Shown here in pieces: positions 36,901-48,974 of a stretch of 64,000 bases of DNA. The translations under genes were made by a program, and so were the position numbers. The notes below the pieces were generated by a model, which worked only from the letters and a program-made list of their open reading frames with translations, did not search any database and was not told where the DNA came from. Origin of the DNA: Vicugna vicugna (Eukaryota); the NCBI GenBank assembly GCA_013265495.1, contig MU061017.1, positions 1,981,587-2,045,586 of the forward strand, given 5' to 3'. Within the stretch, counting starts at the first letter, position 1, and the number at the start of each line of letters is the position of its first letter.

Positions 36901-39900
36901 TGACCACCACCACTGGGATGTACCAGCATGACCCTGTCCACCCACAAGAAAAGAGGTCCCAGGATCCAGTGTCTTCAACAACTGTCCTCCACACCTGCTA
37001 TGTCATCTCCCATTAAGGTGTAACATCCCCTGGGGTGCAGCTTCTCAGCCAGTCAGCCTCACAGACTTACAGCCAAATGGGGGCCGAGAGCCATGGGCAC
37101 CTGGTACCCACGCTGCAGTACGTGGTGACGGTTTGGCTTGGCTCTTCTGCCTCCTTGCCAGCCGTTGTGTTCTGGCTTCCACACATGAAATGTGCTGGGG
37201 CTTCAGTGACTGAAATAGATGAGCTGAAAGGGACGTCTTGGGGTAGATCTGAGGCTGCTCACAAGGACAGTGGTGTCTTGCTTTTGAGCTTCTCAGACAG
37301 GCTTCTGTATAACACGTCAGTGCGGGGTTTTGGGCTTCCTAAGCGGCTTCTCAAAAGAACCTGAAGGCAGGTGTTCTTTCGTTCTTTAAAAGCCCAACCC
37401 CGTGGGATAATGGATGCCATATGCAGGGCAGTCCCCCGTCCATCTCTGTAGACTGTCATATGCTGGACACAAGAGTGTGACCCAGCCTACCAGGAGCTGG
37501 ACTCCTGCTTCAGATTACCAACTTCCCTGAGGATCTGAACTCAGGCCACGTGCCCAGACCCTTCCCAGGCCAGCAGCCATTTTACTTAGTGTGTCAAGGC
37601 AGGAAACCCCTTGGAAAGACGCTCGTTCCCATTGCCCAGGGATCATATGCTGATTCCCTGCTTGAACAATCATGGTAATTCCAGACACGCAGGAACCGCT
37701 TCTAGCATCAAGGGCTAAAAAAGATGGTGGCTGCGGTGTCCAGGATCCGAGAACTGCACTGGATTCCCTGCACCACCGTCCCGGGAGAGGGCGTCCAGTT
37801 ACGCTCACCTCTAGCCCAGCAGCTCCTGAGCTCTGAGTTGTTGGACTTTCTGGAATGACATCACTTTACTTTTAAGCATCCAGGAAAGTGAGGCATCTTC
37901 AGAAATATGGATTTCTTGTATAATTTCTTACATTTGGCACATTGAGATTCCCCACTACGTGCGCAGGCACCAAGGAAGGGGCAGACGGGCAGGGGCTGCA
38001 AGGAAAGGCCGGGGGCGCAGGCTTCCCAGAGTCTCATGAGGCAAGGCTGTTGCGGCTGCAAAACCCGCTGGCCGGGTCTTGGCGTCCCTTTAGATACGCA
38101 AGAGAAAGGCATCTGGGGGACCTTGGTTGTCCTTCCCAAACCAATCTAGGCACTGAGCCTAGGCTGTTTGACATAAACTGAGTCCCCCTGTCTGTTTGGG
38201 AGAGAGACACCCAAGTTCCCACGGTGCTCTCCGGAGCCTCCCCACTAGTTGGTACCTAACGTGAGCCTTAGACATGGGCACAGAGAGGAGAGAGACGTGA
38301 GACCGGTCACCAGTGGCGGCCTGGTCTCCCGGGCCCTGACGCTCTCCGTTCCCTCCTGGCAGACTCTGGACGGGCACATGGTAGTGCGTAGCCACGCCCG
38401 CGTGTCATCCTTGACCTTGAAGAGCATCCAGTACACAGATGCGGGAGAGTACGTCTGCACTGCCAGCAACACCATCGGCCAGGACTCCCAGTCCATGTAC
38501 CTCGAAGTGCAATGTGAGGAAAACTGTGGGAGGATGCGGGGCAGGGAGGGCCGGGCAGGGTCGTGAGGACCTGTCCCATGGCAGTTGGCCCCAGGCCTTT
38601 GCAAAGCTCTGTCCCCGAGCCACCTCTTCACACCCTCCCAGGCTTCTTAATGAGTCTGCACCAGGCAGGTTGTGGGAAACGGCCCGACCTCTGCTGTGTC
38701 CCCGCACCGGCTCCGCTTCGGGGCACACCTGTCCCCCCAGGGCCAGGAGACGGGTGTGTGGGGCTCCCTGATAGTGGCCGAATTCCTGAAGGTCCTTGTC
38801 CTTCATTGCAGATGCCCCCAAGCTGCAGGGCCCCGTGGCTGTGTACACTTGGGAGGGGAACCAGGTGAACATCACCTGCGAGGTGTTCGCCTATCCCAGT
38901 GCCACGATCTCGTGGTTCCGAGATGGTCAGCTGCTGCCCAGCTCCAACTACAGCAACATCAAGATCTACAACACCCCCTCCGCCAGCTACCTGGAGGTGA
39001 GACGGCGTGGGGGGCGGGGACAGGGTGGAGCGGGCGCAGTTTGACTGTGGACGCAGCTGAAGTCTTCCCTCCGGCATCTCTGGCTCATCCTGAGCAGGGA
39101 TGCCATTGGCCGGGGAGGAAAGGAAGCCTCCACCCGGCCCCTTTTCTCTCCCTGGAGCTAGATCGGGGCCTGGGAGGCAGCCTGCCTCTCCCCTGGCCCC
39201 CTTCCTGTTCTTCTCTCTGAGTTAAGGCTGGGCTCCCAATTAGAGAACTGAGTTCAGTAAATAAGGATCTGAGGTTGCGGCCACCCCGTGTAACCCAAGA
39301 GCTCCTTCTTTCTAAAGGTGACCCCGGACTCTGAAAATGATTTTGGAAACTACAACTGTACCGCAGTGAATCGCATCGGACAGGAGTCTCTGGAATTCAT
39401 CCTTGTCCAAGCAGGTGAGCGCCCCTTACGGCTGGACCGCCCTCAGCCTGGCCCACCCATTTCTTGACTTTCTGTGATGACCAGAGGGTGAGGGTCACCC
39501 CCAAGAGGGTCAGGAGGCTGGGAGCTGATGGAGACTTAAGGATCTGGACATGGGGCCTGATGGAAGAGAATATGGGGAGATGGGCCAGGAGGACAGGATA
39601 CAGATGACCAAATTCCCAAGAGTTAAAAGAAATGAGAGAGACACGCTTCATGATTGGGAGTTACATCCTAGGCCGGGTCAGGCTCACCTGGGTCTCCACC
39701 TGTCTCCTCCCGGCAGACACCCCATCTTCACCCTCCATCGACGGGGTGGAGCCGTACTCCAGCACAGCACAGGTGCAGTTTGATGAGCCCGAGGCCACCG
39801 GTGGGGTGCCCATCCTCAAGTACAAGGCTGAGTGGCGAGCACTGGGCGAGGAGGTGTGGCACTCCAAGTGGTATGATGCCAAAGAAGGTAAGCTGGGAAG

Positions 39901-42900
39901 AGTCGGGGTTTCCTTTGGAAGGATGACTCTGGGCTGGGCACACACTCACCCCTGGCACTTGCCAGATCCTGGCATCCTGACTGCCCATCTGGGTGTGCAA
40001 ACCACTCCGCACTCTTGGGGGATGCCAGGTGCCACCACCCACCACTCTGTCCATGCTCCCATGCTGCTGCACCTTTGCAGTTCCCCCAGAAATAGGGTGC
40101 AGTCATGCCTCCTGTGGAATTGTTGACCTTCTGTCCCCTGGGACTTCAGAATCTTGTTCTCATGACCCTGTCGGGACAGGTGAGGCCAGCTCCGCCGCCT
40201 TCCAAGCAGAAGCCCTGCTTGGGTGCACAAGCAGGTGAGCCCCGTCCACTCCTGCTCTGCACACTCGGGTTCCATGGGCTACGGGTTCTCTGTTGTCACC
40301 TGTTCAGTCCTGCTTGGGTATATTCAGGGACTGCCGTGTAATTATGATAATAACCAAATAAGCAGAGCCTGCAGGACAGGTCTGCTCTTAAATCAGTCCT
40401 ATGATATATTTCCAAACCAAAAATTTGAAAAATGACCCTGCGATGACTGCAATCTGAAGCTTCTGAACCCGGAGAGTCTTTTCCTGAAGGTTGAATATAT
40501 TGATGTCTAACTCTCCCTTTGGGGTTTACTGGGAATAACTCAGATGTAGGTTTTGTTTCTGCAGAAATGTTTAATCCCTGCCTGGCATGTGGAAATGAGG
40601 GCAGAGTTGGGGACGGGCGGGGACACAGTATCACAGCACGTCAGAGGTAGCTTCCAACCCAGTTTTACTGAGAATTCATTCTGCCAGGAAGTTCCTATCA
40701 CTCCTGCAGCTTTGGCGAGGGCTGGCAGGACTTCCTGGGTAATCAGGGTTGGAGCTAAAAGAAAATAATCCTTTCACCTCCCTGACTTCCCTCCGAAACT
40801 CGTACCAACTTTGTGGCAGATGGATCCCACATTACAGTGTGCCCAGCCAGCTATTCTTTCTAGTTACCTTTTGTATTGTGGTAAAATACATATAACGTGA
40901 AATGAATTATTTTAACCATTTTTAAGCCTACAGTTCAGTAGCACTAAGTGCATTCACATCACTGTACAACCATCACTGCTGTCCATCACCAGAACTTTTT
41001 CATTATCCTAAACTCAGTATCTCTTAAGCAATAACTCCCCATTCCCCACTGTGCCTACCGCCCCTGGTAACCACCATTCTACTTTTTACGTAGTTGACTA
41101 TTAATAGTCTCTATGTTGTTGACTATTCTANNNNNNNNNNNNNNNNNNNNNNNNNNNNNNNNNNNNNNNNNNNNNNNNNNNNNNNNNNNNNNNNNNNNNN
41201 NNNNNNNNNNNNNNNNNNNNNNNNNNNNNNNNNNNNNNNNNNNNNNNNNNNNNNNNNNNNNNNNNNNNNNNNNNNNNNNNNNNNNNNNNNNNNNNNNNNN
41301 NNNNNNNNNNNNNCGGACACTTGGGTTGTTTCCGTATTTCAGCTATTGTGAACAGCACTGCTGTGAACATGAGTGCACAAATATCTGTTCCAGTTCTCTT
41401 GTACATATTTCCAGGAGTGGAGTTGCTGGATCAAATGATAATTCTATGCTTAATTCCTTGAGGACCTGCCGTATTGTCTTTCCGCCGCAGCTCCACCACT
41501 TTACCAACAGCCCTTTCAGCCTTTGTGACCCTTTTCATCTTCTCACGACAGCCAGCATGGAGGGCATCGTCACCATCGTGGGCCTAAAGCCCGAGACGAC
41601 GTACGCGGTCCGCCTGGCGGCGCTCAACGGGAAGGGCCTGGGCGAGATCAGCACCGCCTCCGAGTTCAAGACACAGCCCGTCCGTAAGTAGAGCCACTGC
41701 CCGGCCTCTTCCCCTCGGGGCCCTGGGGTGACCCTGAGCTGGCCGGTGTTCAGGTGACAGCTTTTTGTCTTCCAGATCCCTCTGCTCCCACTGGCCCCAC
41801 CTCCTAGCTCTCTGGCCCTCGGTGATGGCTGGTGCCCAGTCCCTCTGTCCTCCCCTTCTCCAGGGGCTTGGTGACACTGTCATCACAGCTGGTCCAGTTT
41901 GTTAGAATAACAGCCAGGGAGGAAAGCCACCAACACGTTATTAGAGACACTAGGGAGAATCGTGGCAGTGTGGTGGGGAGGGATTAGGGAGATTTGCTTT
42001 TTGTCACCAAGGCCCCAAGCACCCAGTGACTTGAAAGAAGAGGGTAAAAGCCGTGACCATTGGCGGAATTAGTAGGGAGGGGTTTTGATGCAGCAGATAT
42101 GCAGTTAGAGGAAAATGGAGATGCTGTGGGATGTACGAGCAGGGGCAAAACCCCAGCAAGGCAAAAGGGGAATATGGCCCAGGCCTCTGACTCCCCGCTG
42201 CGCCTCCGTCCCCACACCAGGAGCACAGCCAGGGTCTCCCCCGTCAAGGCCTCTTTCAGGAGAGTCGACTCTTCCAGATCCCATCCAGGGTTGCATCTCT
42301 GTTTGCCTCCATCGCTCCCTTTCCTTCAGCCAGTCTGCCATCTCCCCTCCCTTCCCACGCACATCCAGGCTCTGGGCGAGCTCCATTCTGGTCCTGTCCC
42401 TCCACAGTTACTGCCCGGAGAGGGCGGGGAGTGCCTCCAGCCGAAGAAGCTCCCGCGGTGGTCACGGAGCTCCCTGGGCCCCCTCTGACTCCTGCAGTGA
42501 CAAAGCACACGGGGGAGTCCTTTGCTTTCTTGTCTCTGAAGCCAGGGGCCTGCAAAGCCACCCCCTTATCTCTTCCCAGAACTAGAAAGCCTGTCTCATC
42601 TTCCTCCCACAGGAATTGCTTCTTTCTGGATTTGAAGTAATTTGATAATTTGCGTTTCCAGCTCCGTGTGCTATGTGGATCCTATTCCTTTCTTTTACAT
42701 CTTTTTTTTTTCTTGGGTCTGTCTCTTGTCTTTTCTTTTCGTCTGTGTTCCATCCATGGGATATGCAGATAGCCCTCTTCCACGTAAGTGCCTCTTCATA
42801 CCTCATTACCTGTTCCTAGAGCGTTAACCTCTGCTAGTTCTAGTTTTTAATTTAGTGCCGGTCCCTTTCGTCCCCTAGAGGCTGCAGTAGATGACGCTGT

Positions 42901-45900
42901 CCGAGCCCTAACCACACTGACCTTAGTCTAGTTCTGTTCTTATTAATGTCCGTAGGTGACTCCAAGAGGCTAACATCCGTCCTGTTTTAGAGCATGCAGT
43001 TTTTGTGTCTTTTGAAATTGTCTTTACTGATTAATTCCTGTGTGTGACAGTCACCCTGCGACCACCTTTGCTGAGCCAAGTGCGGTGCAAGTCTGCAGAG
43101 GCTTGTCTGAATACCAGGCTGCAGCATGACGTCGCCTTTAGCCAGGGTGCCCGGAGAGTGGCCACGGCCTCAGCCGGCCTGCATGCAGGCTCCCCTCATG
43201 GGCACAGGCACCCGGAAGGATTTTCACATTTGTTTTTAGGAGGTGAAAGAACCGAGAGCGCGCTCCTTGCCCCTTCTTCTGTCTGTCACGGTGGCACCTA
43301 GGAGGCACTAGCACGACTGAAGGGGCAGCCAGGGCAGTTGTAAAGAGCAGCATGAACTTGAGTTCAAATCGTGCGCACATCCTGCAGGGGCGGTAAACCC
43401 CCCAGTCCTGGTCCGTCTCCGCTTCAGCGCTGGCAACTATTCACGTTCCTTGCAACGTGAATTTCCCCGCTGGGGAAAACTAACCGGCTGTTTAGTAACT
43501 CTGCTGCCAAGAACGCAGGGACGGGGGTGATTCTCCCGAGGAAGGACACCCTAATCGTGGAAACGGTCCACAAGTAGGGATGCGAGGCAGCAGGCTGGGG
43601 TGGATCCTGGCCTGCGGACATGCCCTGAGCTTCACGTCTGCTGAGCTCAGCATCCTGGGGGGGAGTCCCACCCAGGGAGGCTCAGAAGAAAAGGTATTCA
43701 GAAAGCTGCACACTTTTCATAAAAAGCTCCTGAAAAGCACTCAGGGAGGCTTGTCTTTTTCAAACTTATTCAGAACTATTTCAGCAGCGGCGGAAACTAA
43801 GTAGTTCAGTGTAGGCGTTGGGAGAGTTAAAGCAAGTGCCCTCTATCCCCTGTCTGGTTCCTGAATGAACCGGTTCTGGAAGGAGTCAGAATGGGGTGGG
43901 GGGTGGAGCTGTCAGGTAGGACGGACAGCTGTCTGCTCTGGGCCTGAGGGCATCTTCCTGCTGGACCTTTAACCGGGTCTGGATTTTCTCAGCAGAGGGA
44001 GGCCCGCTTAGTTACATCACAGAGAGGAAGGCTGGGGTGAGGGCTCCTTCTGAGAGTCTAACCAGTACCAGGGGTGTGAGTCCTCAATCGGGGGAACTGG
44101 GTCTCGGACTTCAAAAATCACAAGTGGTTTTCCTTTGTTGCCAGCTCAGCCTTTAAGGTGAGAATTTTTACACTAGATGCTATATTTTAAAAGTTAATGT
44201 TTAATTTTTTTTTTAACAAAGGAGACCTCTTGATTTTGTTGTTTGTTATCTGCCGGTATGACAGCAGATAATTAACCAAGAGCCCAGGGAGCCCTTTGGA
44301 GAATGGTCGGATTGGTTCTCCATTCCAAGCTGACCACGAATGATGGAGCAGCGGGCATTGCTAGCAGCATGGAAAGTCCGCGTTCTCAATCATCTCATAA
44401 AGTTATGATTTAAAGAATTAAAAAGGAAAACTTCTTTTACATAAAGAGAATGTCTTAGAGCTGAATGTTCCTTTTTAGAACGTGAGCAGTAACCCGTAGG
44501 AACACGCAGAAACATTATACTCTCACTAAAGTTGGTTCTTACGGTCTGTCCTTGCGCCCTCACAGCCTTCCTAGAGTTGCGGAAGTGAGGGCCTAGTCCA
44601 GGGGCTATCCTGTTGTGCCTAGACCATCCTGAAAAAGGATACAGTTGGCAGGAAGATGCTAGCGTTTCCACTGTCAGGACCAAACCCACTCACTGCTGCC
44701 AGGAAGCGAGGACAAGTTTTAGGAAGGACCTCTGCTGAATTCTCACTCCCACTCCTTGAAAGACACCAAGGTTGCCTGAACTTAAATAAAACCAGCCATC
44801 AGTTCGGCTGCAGGCTTACACTGAGCCCAAGGACCAGGGGCGCTGGTTTTGGGCACTGCCTCACCTCGCCCATGGAGAGTGCCTTCCCCTCCCAAAACGC
44901 TGGGGTGCAGGTGCACGGCCTGCTCCTGTGGCACTGGAGGTGGGCCCTGCGTACACCCTCCGCTCCAGCGAGGAGGCAGTACAGGGCCAGCAGGAGCTGG
45001 TACCCTGGACAGAGAGTATATGCTGCTGGCTCCCTGGGTTGGGAGGCGTAGGTGAGAGCCAGTGCACTTCCCATTAGCTCATCACTTCAAGTTCGTTGAA
45101 GTGTGTCAATAGTGGGGTTGCTTTCATGGTTCCTTAATAGACTCCTCCACACTCAGGGGCATGGATATGTCAAAGCAGGGATGGGCAGATGAAACTAGCC
45201 AGTGCCACAGATAACTCAAGGACCTGGCTTCAGAGCTGCCCAGTGAGAAAGCCTGGCTTACCTGTTTGGAGATTCCTCTGTTCTGTGATGGCCAGGGAAG
45301 CTGTGGCTCCAGAAGGACGACCAGAAATCCGACCTGGGAAAATGTCCCTGTTTCACGTACTTTTAGGCCAGGTGTCTGCGTGCTGTCAAGAAGCTCTTAG
45401 GTAGAAAGCTCACGACCTCTTTTTGCCTTGCAAGGGGCTGCTTCCCTATCGGGGCTGCTTGAAGTTCTAAAGAATGATGTGACCATTTATCATGACTCTT
45501 TCCTCCACGACTGAACCACACACCTTCAGAATTTCATTGCCCGGATGTTACCTCTTCATTTGCTTCTGTACCAGGAAGCGAAATAGACGAATTCTTTCAG
45601 GGCATAAAGATTATGAGTGAGTCACTACCTTTAAAAAGAGGCATTCTTGAGATTTTTGTTTTCCCGTTTTGCCCCCTAGATGGCACATCACAAGTGTAAG
45701 TTAAAGGCATTGTCGTCTATTATAGTTAAAGCACATAAAACCCCATCCCTTTATCGGAATAATATGGACAATAATGCAAATGATTCAAGCCAAAAAAATA
45801 GAAGGAAACAGAGAGAGAGAACACTTACCCAAATTAACTAGGCCATCAGGTCATGATGAGTCAGTAGCCTGTCTGATTCCAGTGACACTGTCCTCGCATG

Positions 45901-48900
45901 GTGTAATGAGGTCCCCTCATCTGGAAGATAAAAGTAAGCCCCAACCGTAAGTGTCAAGGCAATGTTGGAGATACAATGATGTTTTTCCACATTTTTATCT
46001 AGCTCTCAAAGGGAACTGTGTTTGTGATAGCTAATGGGACAACTCGTCAATATTCACCAAGTAAAAACTAAAGATCCCTCAAGTGTCCAAAATGTCTCAG
46101 ACGCACCGTTTCTAATCATTCCCGGTGCTGAAAGTCAGTCAGCATCACTTGCTTGGTCCTGATCTCTTCAACGTTCCCTTTCTCTTGGAGGGCAAGACTG
46201 AGACTCGACATTCCTGTGCTCTGCCCTCTGCACACACAGCGGCAGCCAGGGAGTCACATTTTACAGGGTTTGGAGGGCGGCCGTGGCTCCAGTGCCATCC
46301 AGATGCCAAGCAGTCCTGACCTCACCCGGTCCCGAGTGTTAAGTAGGATGGTGGTTCTGTTTCACTGGGACATTGAAGTCAGAGAGTGAGGGACACAGGT
46401 TTTGTTATAAATACGTGCCACGAGTGTAGGTACACGCACACATATAAGCACAGGAAGACACGTGCAACGCCAAAGCCAAATTCACTTTCTCCTCTTCTGC
46501 TCGTTCACTTCAAGCTGGGTTCGAGGTTCTTGTCCCTCCTGACACCTGCTCCCATGGAGACAGCTGGGGCTGCTCAGCTGGCTGCTTGTTCTCAGGCAGG
46601 GTTGGCGGCCTCTGCAGCTGTTCCCGGCCCAGCCCCTCACCTGAACCACAGGGCTTGGCAGGTGCACGGGCTCCGGGTTTGAAGTCAGAGAGCCCTGCTT
46701 TCTGCCAGGCCGGCCGGCTGGCTGGCCACCTGTTCTCATGCACGGAGTTCTCCCTCCCACTTTAACTCACTTCAGCTTCTCCTGCTGACTCCCCCGGCTT
46801 GCCTCTCCCAATTTTTTCAGTATCTGTGTGCCTCAGTGGTCTTTTTCCCCCTCCTTTTTTTTTTTCACCTTCATTTTTCTTTCCTCAGCGGCTCCTGCGA
46901 GCTCCTCCACCCCTGTTCCATTGTCTCATCCACATAGTGAGTATCACTGTCTTCATCCATCTCTCCGCAGGTTGCTTTTCCACCAGCCGCAGTGGGTCTG
47001 CCTCGCGTTATCCCCCCGTGATAATTCACCTCTGCTGGTGGAAAGCAGCGCAGGGTTTTAGAGAAGAAATGAGAAGAGAAATAGGCACAGGGCCACTCAG
47101 ATTCACGGGAGGCAGCTGTCCCCGCAGGAGGAGGCACGTGGACGGCATTGCTCTGGACAGAAAGCCCCACCGGCAGGCTCTCCGAGGCTGTCGCAGGCCC
47201 AGCCCTGCCCTCTGGATTCTTACAGAGCTGATTATTCGGAGAAGCCAAAGGAATTTGCCAAGAAAAATGTCTATGCTGCAGGGTCATAAGAAATGGTTGG
47301 GGCGCTGTGTTTTCACCCTTCATTTTAATTGGCACAGTTGGATCCAGACGTTGAAATTAGATCGCGAGGCCTGGAGCTTTTGCTTTCTCCATAAATGCAT
47401 ACGTTTCTCGTAAATATTTGTGGGAAAAGAAACAGCGTCTGCTTGCCGATGTGCCTGGCAGTAGGCACTTTGGCAAATTATTTAACCCTTTGCGAGGGAG
47501 CCTGGTTTTTCTTCTCTGTAAAACAGGAGAAGCGGTCATCCTCCTCCCCAAACAATAAGAAACCTAGCGTTATCGAGCTGTTTGTCCCCCGGGGAGCAGT
47601 ACCTAAGCCTAGCAGTGATGTCGCCTGGCCAGTCTCAGGCTGTCACCCTGCCTGAGCCTCCCTCCTTTATCTTGTTTCCTCTGGCTGCCCCATCCTTTTG
47701 TTTGCCTGAGTCCTGGGGGGTAGAGAAACCCCAAGCTCCCTACTCTTTGGAGTTACGAACCCAGCTCTCTTGGGGGAAAGAGCAAAGCGAGACAGCAGCT
47801 GAGCAGGACCCAGCGTTCCGTGCCAGCCTGTGCTCGGAGCAGCAGACGGTGCCGCAGGCGGGACCGCCCCACTGGCCACGTCCCCTTGGTGCGTCAGAAG
47901 CCCTGCATCTTGGGCTTCTGGAAGGTCACCCAAACCCCAAGCTCAGAGCCCTTTGTGGCATCAGTATGACTTGGAAACAGACCCACCACCCCATGCAGTG
48001 CCTTCCAGGCAGTGGCCTGGACCAGCAGGAGCTCAGGCTTGGGTCCAGGTTCGAATCCCAGCTCTGCTGCTTCCATGTACAATACAGCTCCATGACCTTG
48101 AATGTCACCCCACCGCCCCAAACCTCAGATTGCTTATCTCTCAAAGAAAGGATAGTGTCTACCTACCTTGTAGGTATTTGTGAAAATTAAAGATTAGGTG
48201 TGAAAAACACAAAACACAGTGCCCAGCATGTAGTAACTGGAATTCATACTTAGAATAAATGAGAGTTATGGCATTTCTTGCTGCCTGACTGTAATTTGTT
48301 AGCAAAATCCCTGATAATCTCTTTAAAATATTTACATTCATTCTGGTAAGTTAAGGAAAGATAGAAATGAGCAAGTACCTCTTCCTCCATCTCTTTCTTT
48401 TCTTTATAATGATGTCTTAATATACATACACACATATATGTATAGACATGTATGTATATATATTTATTTATAAATTTATCTTTTATCTCTCTCTTTCACC
48501 TTTCTGTGCCCTTGCCATCCTTTATGTTTCCATAGCAACCTGGCCTCTTCCTGCTCTCACCACCACAGAGCCATCCAGTGAGTACAGAGCTCAGCCACCC
48601 TGGGCAGACGGCTGCAGGTGGCAGGACCGACTCCTGGGTCCCAGGGCTGCCCCTGGCTCCCCACCCACGAGTGTTGTGCTTGCACGAAGGCGCCCCGCCT
48701 GGCGTGATTCCCTAAGCATGCTCTCTGCCAGCCAAGAGGGCAGACCCAGCATGAGCAAAAGACCTGGGGGCGATTATTTAAAGGAAACTCTTTGCCTGAG
48801 GAGACTTTTCCAAATTTACCCACAAGTTAAAAACAGAAAAGGATTAGAGGAACGCTGAGAAGCCCAAAGAAGAGCATCTCTTCCCAGCTTTTGTTTTCCC

Positions 48901-48928
48901 TCCTGTCTGAAGTACACACACACAGAGG

Positions 48929-48974
<46 letters not shown>

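Noticed and set aside
43681-43698. cagaagaaaag|gtattc as a candidate AAG microexon
   Set aside because: No AG immediately before the AAG, no pyrimidine tract, and it is upstream of MSD1b, the wrong order.
722-45863. Scattered AP-1 sites (TGAGTCA/TGACTCA)
   Set aside because: About eight noticed, similar to random expectation for 64 kb; no tight cluster.
46799-48190. Long + strand ORFs (204 aa and 202 aa)
   Set aside because: Low-complexity translations crossing a pyrimidine tract, MSD1b in the wrong frame and a MIR; no domain likeness; expected by chance in GC-rich intron.
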